Positions 35,235 through 49,600 of a DNA stretch of 64,000 bases are shown one piece after another (positions within the stretch are counted from its first letter, which is position 1; the number at the start of each line of letters is the position of its first letter). Location of the stretch: contig SMSO01000006.1 in NCBI GenBank assembly GCA_004764695.1, forward strand, positions 15,859-79,858. Direction: 5' to 3'. This DNA comes from Schizochytrium sp. TIO01. Taxonomy: Eukaryota; Protista; Bigyra: Labyrinthulomycetes. Below the pieces are notes generated by a model. The model was given only the letters and a program-made list of their open reading frames with translations. It did no database searches and was not told where the DNA came from. A program made the translations under genes and the position numbers.

Positions 35235-38060
35235 TTTTTGTCATTTCTATTTAAACTTAGCATGAATAGAAAGCAACTCTAAAGTGTTACAATATTTCTT
35301 TTGCAGAGGTGAGTATTATAATCGCCTTAGCGCATAATGTCAGCAAGACATCTAGTACTCATGGAAGGCGCTACCCTTCAATTCATCGACTATATCGTTT
35401 GTATGCAGGACAATGGTTAGATTCCAACCTTCATTCGTATGAGTCTAGAAAGCAGAATCGACAAGAGTGATAGCATTTTGAAAGAGGTTGTCACCATAGG
35501 ATCAGCATCCTTCGAAGGTTTTACACTCCAGGCGAACAACTCGTGCTGTACACATCTTCCATCCAATATTCAATTCACATTTATCTCCTTCTACAAGTTG
35601 TTTGCCTCTTCAGCAGTGTAAATAGAGAATTAAAAAAAGGATTGGCTTGGCTATAAAAGAATAGTCTTCCGAATAGGTGAGGTGGCCTTCTAGATGCAAA
35701 AACTATAATTGAATTCTGAATGTTTCAATGCAACGGAGCACTCGCATTGCTGCTTCTGAAACCTTCGAAAATTGGCAACTCATTCAACTTTCACTAAGCA
35801 CACATGTATTTCTGCTCTGTTCCTATCGTACTTCGCCTGGCTCAGGCTGACGTGGGCGAGAGTGAAGAGAATTTCGATGTGAATAGCTGGGCGTACGTGT
35901 TCACCTTACCACGTTTGTTTCCAGAAATGTCTAGTCTGCCTGGATCCAATATCGTATTCCTCAGAAATGACGACATTGGTCTTATGAAAGTGTTGATGTA
36001 AGTATGAATATTCATTTATTATTAGGAGTCCAGGTATCATAAAGTCTTGGCATGTTTGAAAGTATTTGGTACTGGTATCTAACCCCGTAGCCTAGCATGT
36101 TCTGGGTGAAGATACCAAGGTGCTTCCACAGCCACAAGCTGATGCATTCTTCCTGTAGCTAGAGGCAGGTTCAAGAAAAGTTTATCGAGTTGAAAGAGAA
36201 CTTGCAAGTAACGAATTGTCTGCACTCAAGAATGTATCACAGAACCGTAATGTACAAATGTTTTATAAGCCAGATAACCCAAGGGATGAAGTATCTGAAG
36301 TACGTGGAATACCATACGCTGCTGCTAATTCAAAGAGTTTCGTACACAGCATGCCGTGAAACAGCTTTATATGTCACATTTAACACGGAGTGAACTAGTT
36401 ACGCTGGGATTTAATTTACAAGTACTCTCAGGGAGAAGAATGTCGACGCAAAGAACACATTGAACCTTTTTTTCGAACGATACTCCAGCCTGATGATTAT
36501 TTTGTATTGACATTATTAAATCACAACCAGCTATAAATCGGACGACTAAGGCTGTTGTCGAAGATTCTTTTGAACAGAATACAATTTGAAATCTATGACC
36601 CAGAGAAATGTTTGGTACATTGGATCAGCGCTTTATACACGTCAAGAGAATTCCTCGCAGAAGCTTTCACGATCAGCTGATGCAAGTCTTGTGCATACAC
36701 TTAGAAGCAACTAAAAGGAGTTTAGCGTCAAAGAACTAAGGGAGATGTTTCAAAGGGCTACGATAGGTATCTTTGAATTGCTGAGGACTCCAAAGGTTCT
36801 TGAGGCCCCTAATGAGGCAGTACCTTCTTTCGAATGAAGGCTTAAAGTGAACATGGACGCCAAGCCGTACAAAGCATCAAAACTCTGAGGCACAAACTCG
36901 ACGTGGTCGGATCGCATTCCGTACCTCTGACGGAGAGGTTTACATTTCTGATCTGGTACTTGAGAGTATGGAAGGAGATTATCTCTCATCTCTACGTGCT
37001 TGAAGAGGTCTTCATTCCTTTTGCTGACATTCTCTGAGTACGGAAGGACGGGTGGGCTGGGGGACCAGATCCAATTGTTTGCACAGTGCACGTTATTTAA
37101 TGTGTTAAAGCAGAATTGTACAGGTAAAGTCGAACCTCGGGTTTGTCATTTCGCGAGAATCTTCGACCTACTGCACATCATCATGAGGTTATATACTATG
37201 CTACGTTAGCTTGAAATGTATTGGATAATATCGAAGGACAGACATTGAGATTTAAAGGGGGGAGGAGGGGGGCACTCCAGACGCCCATCCTCTCCCTGTA
37301 ATCATTGTTTTGACCCCTGGGTCCAAGCTCGAACATAAGACTCTGGATCTCTGATATAGGTATTAAAATGTAATTTCTGACAGACTGAATGAACCTTGAC
37401 AGTGTTGTAGCAGGTCGTTCCCTCGTTGACTATACACTTATTGTTCATTTGTGTGCAAAAAATTGGACCAAGCTGTAAACACTAATGTGATAGCAATCAA
37501 AAACGACTTCAAGTTGTTGTCCCTTTTTGGAAACAGTTTTTTGTTTTTAATTTTTTTTTAAAATATTAAATTTTATTACAATTATTTTTATTAATTAATA
37601 TCATTAATTAAAAAGATACTGGAAACTAATGAAAGCACCTTAAGCGGAAAGGGGCGAAGCACCTTAAAACAAGAAAGGAATGAAAGGTAATACGTAGTAG
37701 TAGTAGGCCCTAACCACTACTCAATCTAAAATAAAATAGGCAATCCTTCTCAAACTCGAAACACGAGGCAGCGTGAGCTCACAGTTTTTTCGCCCCCGCA
37801 ACCTCCCACACCCCTCCACGGGTTGGTTGCTCGTGGGCGTGGCTTGCTCTGCTGACGCAGTCACGAGGCGTCGCGCCGGGTCCGCTTCTCCTTCCTTACT
37901 GCTCAGAAGAAGAAGTCTTCGTTCCTGATCAGTAGTGCAATAAACAAGCTACTCTCTCCTTTGAGTGTCAAAACAAAGCAAAGACAAAGCAAAAAAGACA
38001 ATCAACGTGGTTGATCAATTCGTTTGCTCCATCCATCAAAGGTGACACTGCTCAAAGACG

Positions 38061-41000
38061 ATGACTGGCGCACGCAGAATTGAGGACATTAGAGAAGATA
38101 CGACGGAAATATAGTAAGTGCAGGAGGAGACAGAAGAAGAATGTACCGCGTGATCGGTGTAAAGAGCAAGTTAGTTCTGTAGAAGAATAGTTTTGTTTTG
38201 TAGTTGCACTATTGAAGTTGGAGATCGCACATACTAACTCTACCTTGCTCACCAACAAACACAGTATAAGTTGGAAAAGCATTGGCGATGAGGGCGCAAA
38301 AACCGTCGCAGTAAAAGCAAAGGGATGCAACAACCTTGAAGACTTGTAGTACGTTCATGGAATACAGAGAAAAGTGGAGAAACGAGCAGAACGGAAGAAG
38401 ACTTCTCCTGTGATTATCCTTTTTCAAAATGAAAAAGAGGAGGATCAATCGAACCACTGACTGTGCTGGGTGGTGCTGTTCCGAATGAACTTGTTCATAT
38501 GTAATTACAGTCTTAGAGATAACAACATCGGCGATGAGGGCGCAAAAGCCGTCGCACAGGCACTGGAGGGATGCAAGAACCTTCAACGGCTGGGGTACGT
38601 TTGTGTAATCTACGAAAGGCTAGGCTCGTACCCCATACGATTGCTCTCTTTCTTCTTTGGGGGGGTGTTTTGAAAAAGATAATCCAAACGAAACCACCTT
38701 ATGTAATCGAGTTGTATAAAAAGAAGGGAACGCTTTTATAAGAGAGAGAGGGGAAAAGTAAACCTACGTTTTCTTTAATTAAATGCGATAGAGAGAGCAG
38801 TTAAATTAGCAGAAGAGAGCAAAGGAAGAACAATGATTTTGTGATGATTTCATCAAACTTGAAAAGAAGAGGATCCATCGAATCACTGACTGTCTTAAAC
38901 TGTTTCCTCCCTGCCAACGAATGAACTTATTCACATACACTCACAGTCTTAACGGAAACAACATTGGGGATGAGGGTGCAAAGGTTGTTGCAAAGGCGCT
39001 GAAGGGATGCAAGAACCTCAAAGACCTGTAGTACGTTTGTGGAATCCTCGGAAAGCTAAGGCGTAGTTAGGCCTCATTTTTTTTTCCGTGGTGTTCTGAG
39101 AAAAGGGACCAAAACGAAATTCTTCTAGTAGTCCCAGTAGTTGAGTATTGTAGAAAGGAAAGAACTTGTTTTTAATTTAAGAGAAGAAAGGAAGAAAGAA
39201 AGGAAAAAGGAAAAAGGAATGTTAGTGTTCTATTCACGAAATTGTGATGGAGAGACGTGCACAACGGAAGAAGACTTCTCCTGTGATTTTTAAAATTGTG
39301 AAAATTAAGAGGATCAATCTAATCACTGACTGTCTTGAAATTTGCCTTTGCTGACAACGAATGAACTTATTAATATATACTCACAGCCTTTCTGACAACA
39401 ACATTAGCGATGAGGGCGCAAAAGCCGTCGCAAAGTCTCTGCACAAATCGTGTCCTTCTGTTCAAATTTTGTAAGTTCAATCTCCTCCGCTGTTGTTCCC
39501 AGCTTGCACAATGCCTTGCGCAGAACCTTGCCTTAGTTGGTTCTCTCACTCTCCGCGAACTTTCGAGGCCCTCTTTGAATGCTGCGTTCACCGTATTCTA
39601 ACAAGCGTTTTTATTCTTTCATTCTTTCACAACGCAGTTTCTACAATCATTATTCGCCTTTAACCCCAAAAGAATTGTTCGTGGATGTGTGTTCTCCTGG
39701 AGAGGACATTAATTCCTCTTCAGACACCGATTCCTGTGCCCCCACAGAGGCGGCAGAACGTGAGCCTTCTGTAGGGTCCAAGGTCAAGAAAGATGGCGCA
39801 GGGCTTGCTACGGAACCTTGTGGTCCAGATAGATGTGGGTAAGTTCATGCGGTTTCTGTGTTTGGAATTGTGATCATTCATTCTACGAATTGTGTTGTTG
39901 AGATATAGGGGATCCTAACTTTTGCCTCTGCCTCTCTTATTGCTTCTGCTATCTTCTCTTTGCTTGTTGTTTTACATCTTCTTGCTCGGCTCAGAGAACG
40001 GCTGGATGGCACGAGCGTGAGTTTCGCTGATGTTGTAAACCTTGCCAAGAAAGTCTCGGACTTGCGCGCCGGCCGAGGCGGGGTCAGAGGAAACTCTTTG
40101 CAGACTGGGATTGCCTTGCTTGAGGAATTCGTAGGACCAGCGATACAGGGCTACTTTGGCCAAGTGAAGTTGCGACAGGTTTCCGCTGAGATCAAGAACT
40201 CCAAAGAGAGTCTTGACGCACTACAAGGCCATATTCGCGCATGCTCTGCTGATGGCTTGCCCAATCTCACCGAAAAGCGGAATGCTGAGCGAGATCGCCT
40301 TCATTCGCTTTTGGAGGTTGTATACCCATGGGTTCGCGCAAAGCTTTGCAAAAGTGATGAGGATGCAGTGCGTGAATTCAAAGTGAGGACCGAAAGTTTG
40401 GTACAGGATCTAAATATCAACATTGCACCAGTCACTGAAGAGACATGTACAGCTGACTTTAAATACTGCCAAGAGCTCGTGGGCCAGGCCACCAAGTGCA
40501 TCGAAGAGTACAAAAAATATGGAGAAGGTCGACCAAGAAACATTGGCGATCGAAGCCAACAAGCTGTAAAAAGCGTCATCTCTCGACTGACTGAGCTAGA
40601 ACTTGGTGATGGATTATGGGTTGCTCTGAGCACACCTGAGCGGGCCATAGAGCTCGAGACCGAATTAAGTGAACTTGAGTATGCTCTACAGGAAGAGCTC
40701 GAAGTTTTACGAAGCGACACACTTAGTGCCCACTTGTCCGAAATACTTTGCGCAATAAGTTCAACATTTGCTCGTTTTGAAGTATACTCAGAAAGCACTG
40801 TGCTGAATGAAGCGAGCAAGTACTCCACAGAGGAGGTCTCTGAACTATATGACTATGTAGTGCTGGGTTTGAAAGAACCAAATGCCTTAGACGTTGAGGC
40901 ATTATACCAGAAACTTGACAAATCGAGGAAAGCGACGGAAAGTTTGAAGAGAGTTAAAGAAGAACTCAAAGCAGAAGACCTGAATGAGGAAGAACTAGAG

Positions 41001-41969
41001 CACCATAGGAGTCATATCAAGAAATATGAGCTCATGCTCTCTCAAGGAAATCCTATCATGCTTAGCAAACGTTTTCGCCATAAGCTTGCTGAAACCCTAA
41101 AACACGCACAGGAACATTATCCTGAGCTATTGCAGGACAGAGCATGGCTAGAAAGGTTTCATGTAAGTGCAGAGGGTGTTTTGGAAGTAGCTTGTTCTGA
41201 TCTTTGGTTGACGAATGTAACAGTTTCGGACTTCCAGCCTGTTGGCGACCCCTTTGCTTCCAAAGGTAACAAGAGAGTTCAGAAAGTACTTGATGGAGAT
41301 GGTGAAGTTCTAGTCCTCAAACAGTTTCAACTTGGAGATCCAGGTCAATCCAAAACCTTCTACAAACAAGCTGCAAATATGAGGAAAGTGATGTCTCAGC
41401 ATTTGGTACATATTACTGGCGTTTTTATGGATTCTTCTAATGGAGAGGAATGTGGCTGTATCATTATGCCTTACTACGAGCAAGGTGACCTTGCCAAGTG
41501 GATTGAGAGTCATCCTAACGAAGGTAAAGCAGCACGCGACCGACTTGCTGTAGGCCTGCTTATCGGTGTGGCAGATTTACATACCCACGGCATTGTGCAT
41601 TGTGACATCAAACCAGAAAACATTTTCCTCACAAGCAACGGGACGCCATTGATCGGCGACTTTGACGGAATCAAGATCGCAGATTACACTGCAACTTACG
41701 TATCACTCCAAGCACCGTCACGGTACAGTGCCCCTGAGTTGCTGAATGAGCCCGTAGATAAGTTTGAAACAGCGATGGACATGTACTCTGTGGGCATATG
41801 CTTAAAGGATCTGTATCCTACTGAGCGGACCGCTGAAATGCAGACACTTATCGATGCTCTTACAGCAACAGACCCTTGTCAGCGTCCAAGTGCTCTTGAA
41901 GCACTCCAACATGAAGCTTTTGGAGCTCCCAAGATCCCTGGCAAGATATGTCTTGATTTTACGAAGTAA
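38061..41969 (+). CDS. LRR(4)-helical-non-RD kinase paralog 3, predicted 854 aa, stops at the start of the RING
   Basis: Phase-2 exons 38061-38113 (MTGARRIEDIREDTTEI), 38265-38348, 38511-38594, 38947-39030, 39387-39470, 39638-39838, 39995-41969. HCDIKPEN/GDFDG/YSAPE intact; ends KICLDFTK*; decayed RING-homologous DNA continues to ~42310. Confidence 0.85.
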
Positions 41970-43438
41970 GGTCTGCTTTCTGAGAGCATGAGCTGCGAGG
42001 AGGGAGGGAGACTTTGCAAAAACTGTATCGAAACTGCAGTAAAAGCGGCGGCATAGCCACCAGCTACTGCTAGGGTGGGCATCGATGGAAGGACAGCACG
42101 CATAAAACCTAAACCTAGTCGAAGGATGTTATGTTAAAAAACTACCTGTCTTGTACCAACCGCTTTGAATCATTTTTTGTTTATTGCGATGATGTAGGCA
42201 ACAACCCAAGCAGCAGCCTGGGCTTGGAAAGAAATCCAAAGGCGCACAGAAGTTCTACGTGCAGGTGAACAAAACAATGAGCATTTACTGGATTTTCAAG
42301 AGAAGGTCTTCAGAGCTGTCGGCCTGCGTAGTGCTTAGCACAAGCCGCAGAATTGTAAATATCTATTTGGTTTCGCGTAATGCTAATAAAGAAATAGCAT
42401 TTCTAAGCAAGCCAATAATTGATAACGTCAACTATGCATGCTTATTAAATAGTAGCAATTTTCTAAGGCTCTTTGCTGCTGTTTCTGGTGTTGAATCATA
42501 TCTATCAGTGCAAGTTTCTCACCAAGCTACGGCCGTTCTCTGCAATGGACGTTGTGTGCATCTGTCATAACGAAATGCAGCTCCACTGTAGGGTTGCGCT
42601 TTCTTCATCATTGAGGATGTTCAGCGCTTTCAAGCAACATAGATCACCTATCCGCTCTATAATTACGATAACCCTTCATTCTTTGGTACAATCTTCTAAA
42701 ATTCGAAAAACGCATCTTAACCTTACACTTTGGGTACTGGGAACAAATGAAAGAGAATTCTTGAAGTCACTTTGATTCAAACATGAAAGGACAACGTATT
42801 CTTTAGAATGGTTTAATTAAATCAACGTTTACAGCTTCCAGTTTATCAAAATTTTAATTCTGCTCATCAAGCTCTTACTGCTCATACCTGTTGCTAGCTT
42901 TACTCAAAAATTTCTTCTGGCCTTGTCAAAGCCGATGCGAACAAAGACGTAATTGATCTAGTACGTGGAAACTTATTCCAGATGAGACCCGTTACGTACT
43001 CACCAGCCTCAGCTCCCTCGGATAACTTATTCTTGCTTTTACCCACAGTCTCTTCTTCGTTAGCTAAGAAACGGCATCTAAGTTGCCTACGCATGTTCTA
43101 GGTCAAAACCAAGATTAAAATATTGTTGTGTTACCGAGGGGAAACACCACGAACAAGATCAAGTGCAACTTTTATAAATATAGCAATGCTGGGTCATAAT
43201 AAATAATGTATTCCTTTATACGGTAATAAAGAATTGAATGCCTTACTAAAAAGAAAACTAGTCGATCAACAGTCAATTTCGCTTATTTGGTATCGACACA
43301 CTTGAAGCAACGCACAACCCATCCTGTTACTGGAGTATAGGGTTCTCTTTAGCTTTTAAGTCCCGTTTCCATCTGACTGGTTAGTATGGAAAGAATGGTC
43401 ATGCTACATAACAAGAAAAGACCACAAAATTTAATATA

Positions 43439-43525
43439 TGTCAAGAGATTATCTATATATGGGACCGGGGTATACTAGATATTGACGAGTGGTCACTAGT
43501 CACGCCTTTTTATAGCCCCTTAGCA
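43439..43525 (+). mobile_element. Solo LTR of the TRIM family (87 bp), TSD ATATA
   Basis: Near-identical to 50022-50107; TG..CA ends; atata on both sides. Confidence 0.9.
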
Positions 43526-44103
43526 ATATAATTGTGCAGTTGTGACTTGATAACCTTGCTCGTTCTTGTCGGGGCATGTGTCTCAAGCAAGTGGATGCCA
43601 CATATGGTTGCAGGTTTGGCTTGTTCCCTTTGTGTTTGTGGTATGATTTTTTTATTATTCATAGGACTAAATTTGGAGAAATCAAGTTAAAGGTCAGGTT
43701 GCCTCACCAACGTCTTTGAGGATGAAAGAGACACTAAGAGATATCAATTATTTGACTGATGACACTGAGCTATTTATGCCCATTACCCCCCTAAGAATTA
43801 TAACCACTCCCTAAGTCATAATAAAATGGTACGATATAGTTAGAAAGTACCTTTTCTTCATAATGCAACTGTCTTTAACGAACTAGCAATTTTAATCAGA
43901 TCTTTGTTCATGTCGTCTTTCCTCCAAGCTCAAGAAAATATAAAAGAATATATCAAAAAGAAGGAATTGCACAAAAGGTGATTGTTCAAGTGCTACGAAG
44001 AAGAGTATCTGGAAGCGTAGCCTTCGCTTATACCTATGCTCGTGTCTCTCTCCCAGTAAGACTTATTTTATTTCCTTCGGAAAGTATTCTCTACTAAGAC
44101 ATG

Positions 44104-44497
44104 TGCTGAAAGGTGATACTGATTAGCTTGAGGTTGACTGTAAAGATGAAGGCAAGAAGCTTGATAAAAGTTATAAGAAGGTTGATTTAAGTGTTAGCGA
44201 ACTGTTGTCCTGGGGAATGAATTCCAGGACAGATGGATTCATGTAGTAGTTAGGAAGATTAAGACATTCTTGAATGTGGTTAGAGATAATCGATGGAGTT
44301 AGGTTTATCCACCTTCTCCAACCATCGATTCAAGCTAAACCACGCTTGGGTGTAGTTAATGTGTATTCACACTTTTAGTTACTGGCTGCCTATTCTTGCT
44401 CTATTGTAAACCTTATGTCTAATAGGGTTTTGCAAAGGGACACCAAGAACTCTAGTAATGTCTTATCCAGTAGCTCCTTCGATTGGAGATCTCAACA
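44104..44497. mobile_element. Solo LTR, family B, TSD ACATG
   Basis: Homologous to 33433-33831; tgctga...tcaaca ends; 5-bp TSD. Confidence 0.85.
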
Positions 44498-45009
44498 ACA
44501 TGACAATCAAGTTTCTGATGGGAACGATTCAGAAACTTGCAGATAGTCAAGTTATATACTTTGACAAGAACTTTAAAAATTTTGGTACCTGGAAGTAGAG
44601 TTAACAATTTGCACGATGAGATAGTTTGACACAGTATTTTTTTGTTTGTTTGAGTGTAAAGTGAAAGGCTCTGCGAATGACCTTGCGTGTTCTAACCTAA
44701 GCGTTGGCTGGGAGAAGCGAGGGGGAGATGGTTGTTTGCTTCTTCTGACGGAGGACAGATTTACAAAGATTAGGTTTCACCGGGTCAAAGTTGATAATTT
44801 TTCTTGTCTTTGTGACACAAGACAATGTACCGCAAATTATTACTCTGAGTCAGACTAAAGGGTATACCCTAAGCGACTAGGAAAAAAATACACAGGTATT
44901 TGAAGGGTAAAATATGCATTTGCTGTCTAAATCTCTTGTTAAGTGTTCTCGAGCGATAGATCTGATTCACGCATAGTGTCAATTGATTTCATTCTTTGTA
45001 TTGAATTTT

Positions 45010-45500
45010 TGTCGCGTTCCCCAGTTGATTGAGAGCCAATATGAGAGACGAAAGAAGGGATCCGTGGAAAGATAGGCTAGCCTTCAGAACGGTGAACGAA
45101 GAGGTTGCGTGCGTGGAGCGCAGTCGCAGCTCTTTGAGAAAACTAAGCTCGTGTGAGTAAGTTAGGTTAGCTAGGCGGAGGCTAAGAAGTCTTGACTGAT
45201 GTGGCCGTTAAGACTTGAGTTATTTTGGGTAATTTGGGTGTGCTTTCTTGTGGAGCTTCTTCTTCTTGGAGAGGTATGCAGTTTCCCTGTTGCACGATAG
45301 CGTGCACGATAAGAGAAGATATTTTAATCTCTAAAAAAATTTCGATTAAAAGGTATTTCTTTTAACTTTCCTTTAAACAGAAAATAAATCTTTAACTTGA
45401 AAGAAGTAAAAGTTTTCTCTGTTTTTTTTCTTGATATGGAACGTAAGGCGAATGCATTCATTAGACAACTTGTATAGAAATAGCCGAGAGGGCCAGGACA
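45010..45500 (-). mobile_element. Diverged solo LTR of the gypsy family A
   Basis: tgtcgcgttccc...agggccaggaca, homologous to 46129-46612; no clear TSD. Confidence 0.85.
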
Positions 45501-46629
45501 AAGTAAGAGTTCTTGGTGCCTGTCATTGTTTCGAAATACAGTGATGTAAATGTTGCTGTATTTAAGAAAGCTGTTTCAGATTTGATTGTCTTCAATCTGC
45601 TGGAGAAAATATTTTACATACAACTTTTGTCCTTTGCTGTTACTCTTGGGCCTAAGGGAAAAAGGGAAAGGGGAAACCTTGGCCCAGTAGAAGGGGTGTT
45701 AAATAACTACATGTTCTGATTAATAGTGGGATTGAGAGCATTGCAGGGATACCATGACCCTCTAATCTATTTCATTTCTATACAAACTGCTGAATGAATG
45801 TGTTCGCCTTGCATTTCATATCAAGAAATAAAACAGAGAAAACTTTGACTTCTTTCAAATTAAAGATCTCTTTTACTATTTTCTCTAAAAAGAAAAGTGA
45901 AAGGAGGTATACCCTCTAATTGAAAACCTTTTTTATATATAAACAATATCCTTTTTTTGTGCACGCTAACGTACAATAAGGAAACAGCATACCTCTCCAA
46001 GAAGAAGAACCTCCGCAAGCAAGCACACCCAAATTACCCAAAGTAACTCAAGTCTCACCAGCCACATTAGTCAAGACTTCTTAGCCTCCACCTAGCTAAC
46101 CTAACTTACTTACACGAGCTTTACTTTCTGTCTCGTTCCCTGATTGATCGAGACGCAATCGGGGGAACGAAGTTAAGGCTAGCCGCGGAAAAGTGGAGGG
46201 GAAGAGGATGCGTGCGGAGAGCGCAGTCGCAACTCTTTGAGAAAACTTAAACTGGTGAGTGAGTTAAGCTAAAGCGGAGACTAAGGGAGCCTTGCTGGGT
46301 GTGAGCGTGGTGAGACTCTGGTGGCTGTATTCAGCCGGAGGTTTTGGGTATGCTTGGGTAGGTGTGTAAGTTATCTTGCTGCACGGTAGCGTGCACGATA
46401 ACTTGTTGTGCGATAGCGTGCACGGTAAGAGGAAATCTTTTATCGGTAAAAGATTTTCGATAAAAGGAAAATTTCTTTTTTAACTTTCCTTTTAAGTGAA
46501 AAGTAAAAGAAATTGTGGGTTGAAAGTTTTCTCTGGTTTTTCTTGATATGGAATATGAGGCGAATGTATTCATTAGACAACTTGTATGGAAGTAGCCTAG
46601 AGGGCCAGGACAGCGCCTCCACAAGTTGA

Positions 46630-49600
46630 CTATGGATGAATGATGCCGAGGTAGTCGCGGAGCCTGCTAGCTTCGTTGCGGGAGTGGTGTCGGGCGACAC
46701 GCTCTATGTAGCGGCGGACGATTTTCGGAGCACTGCGGTGTAGGTGCTTGAGGTCGATTGCTTCGTTGGAATAATCGGTTGGGTCGATGCCTTTGTACTG
46801 GATGCGGACGAAGATGGAGTTGTCAGGCTTGCTGAAGTGATTGAGCAGTTTGCCTTGGAAAGCGGACAGACTGTTGTGCTTGATGAAGTCTTTGAGCTTC
46901 GGAGTGATGCTCAGGGTGCTGTCGCAGTAGTAGCGAAGTCTGCTAATGTGTGCGAGACGTGTTTCGCCGGAGACAATATCTTCAATGGTGTAAAGATGGT
47001 TGCCTGGACCAATTGCTGTGACTCGGGCTGGGCCTAGCCATACTGGGGACAATTTTGATGGTCTGGGGCGGGAGACGATCACGTAGGTGACTGCGTCGCC
47101 GATTTGCAGATGTAAGGCGCCTGCGCGATGGCGCTGGTCCCATCTGGTGCGTGCAGCGGCACGACTATCTTCAAGTACCTGGCGTGCTTTCATGCGGTCG
47201 GTCGTGAGCGCGGCATGAAGTTCGGAGCAGAGGCGCGTTAGTACTTCTGGAGTGGGTCGTGCGTGTGCTTGGTCTTCGAAGACTTTGGTTGGATGTACTA
47301 GGTCTTCAAGAGGTTTCTTGGGGGTGATTGCGGTCATTAGTTCTAGGGGACTTTTTCCGTTGAGAGATGGAATTTGCCGTGAGTTCATGGCAATGTTCGC
47401 AAGTGGGAGAATTTCTTCGTATTGGTCAAAGGTTAGACCGAACTCGTTGGTGAGTGTGGAGAGATTCTTGATTGCAATGCCGTTGGCGCGTTCAACACTT
47501 CCGTTTGTGTAACTTTCGTGTGGAACACTGTAGATGTGATCAATGCCAAGTTGATGTTCGAGACTTTGCATTAATTTGGCGGTAAAGTGGGAACCCATGT
47601 CTGAATAAATGATGCGTGGTGCTCCAAATATTTTGATCCACTCTACGATGCCTCGAACTGCTTCTTTTGCAGTTGGGCCGGTGCATGGTATGAGGAGAAC
47701 ATATTGAGAGAGCAGGCATTTGCAGAGAAGTAAGTAGCCCTTGGCTTGAACGCCAGTAGTTCTGTTGTTAAACAGCTGTAAGAAGTCAATGCCAATTGCT
47801 TCGTTTACATGTTGCGGAACAAAGGTTGGTCCTAGAGGTCTAGCCATTTTATTGCCACTTTTGGTTGTCACGCAATGTAAGCATTGTTGGACAAAGCGTG
47901 TAACCTGCTGCTTGAGGTTATGGAGATAGAACACTTCCTGTGTGGTGCGTTTTGTAGCGTGGATTCCTTGATGTCCGTGAATACCTGCGTGTGCTACTAG
48001 GAGGACGCGTGCAATGAGGCTTTCATTATTTCTGGGAAGCCAGATGCGTTTACGTTCTGAGTCTGCTTGCGTTACGTAGATGAGGGAATCTTGAGTAGTT
48101 GTAGGAAGGCCGTTAATTAAGGTAACTCCATTTTTGCTGGTGATTTTATCTTCATTCGAGTTGTTAGAAGATTGCTGTAGAGCTGTTTGTTGTGCAGCTC
48201 TGATTGTTTCGGTGTTGGGAAACAGGAAATCACCATGTGCAAGGGATGCTGTACGAGCATCATCGAAGGTGAAGGGTTCGATTGCACAAGTGTCTTCTGC
48301 GGCTTGGTCGCCGAGAAGAGCAGGGATGTCCTCAGATTGGTGTTCTGTGGAATCTTCAAATTCGGCTTCATCTTCAACAGTTTCTTCAAAGTGCGGTATC
48401 GAGGTGGTTGATGCCGAAGAGCTAGTGTGCTCTGGTAGGGGGGGGGGTGGAGAAGGAACGTTTGGGGAGGAAGACGGATTGGGGAGGCCCGGTGTGAAAA
48501 AATTTCGAGTGCGCCGGGTGCGCGTGGAAGTACGAATATTGGCAGAAGAAACGTCGGCAGGGCCAAATCCACGGCCGTATGCGTAGGTTTTATTGCCTAT
48601 CGTGTAGTCGATGCGATCGCTGTCGTCATCGTTGTCCATGCTGAAACCGAGATTGTCGCCAGCGTCGAGGCCTGCGAGAGCGGAGCGAGCGACGCGAGCG
48701 AAGGCGTCAGGTTGGTGCACGTGGGTGGCGTGACGGCTGAGGAAGTCAGCTGCGATGTTGTCTTCGCCAGCGATGTGACATATGTGGATCGGGAGGGAGG
48801 CTAGAAGGATACTGGCTCGGGTCATGATTGAGACGGAGAGGTCTTTGGCGTTGGGATCGGTGATCCTCGCCGCGACTTTGCTGATGTTGAGATGGTCAGA
48901 GTATGCAATGAGGGAGCGTGCGGGTCTGAGGAATTCGGGGTGAGCACGGATGGAACGAATTAAAGCGATAAGTTCTTGTCTTGCGGTTGCCCATCGAGAT
49001 TCGGTGGAAGTCCAGCGGGAGCCAAAGAAGGCGAGAGGTTTTAAGCTACGCTCTCGAGGAGGTTTGAGCATTTCTTCGGGGGCGACGGCTGCGAAGACGG
49101 CGCCGAAGCCTTTGTCAGAAGCGTCAACGAAGAGATTGATTTCATCTTCTGGTTGGGGCCAGTGTAGTGGGACAGAGTCCAGGAGGGCCTGTTTGGCTTG
49201 AGTATAGGCCTGTGTGTGTTCGTCGGTCCATCGGGTTTGAAGCTGTATTTTCTGGCCGGCACGTTTGGTCTTCTTTTTGGATGAAGCGAGTGCCGTGGTA
49301 CACAGGGTGCGTAGAGGGTCGATAATTCGGGGGAGGTTAGGGACATGGTCAGCGAGGAAGCTGCATGTGCCGAGGAAACTAGATAGGTCACCTGCTGTTT
49401 TGGGTGTGTCTAGAGTCCGAATGAAATCGAGCCTGGAGGGGTCGGGAATGACGGAACCATCGGAAGTGAGAATACGACCAAGGAATTTGATCGATTGTGC
49501 GTAGAGGCATACTTTGCTGGCGTTGAGATAGAAGTGTCTGTCGGCGCAGCGCTGGAATATGCGTTCTAATTTGTCGAGGAGGGCTTCATCATCTTGGGCA

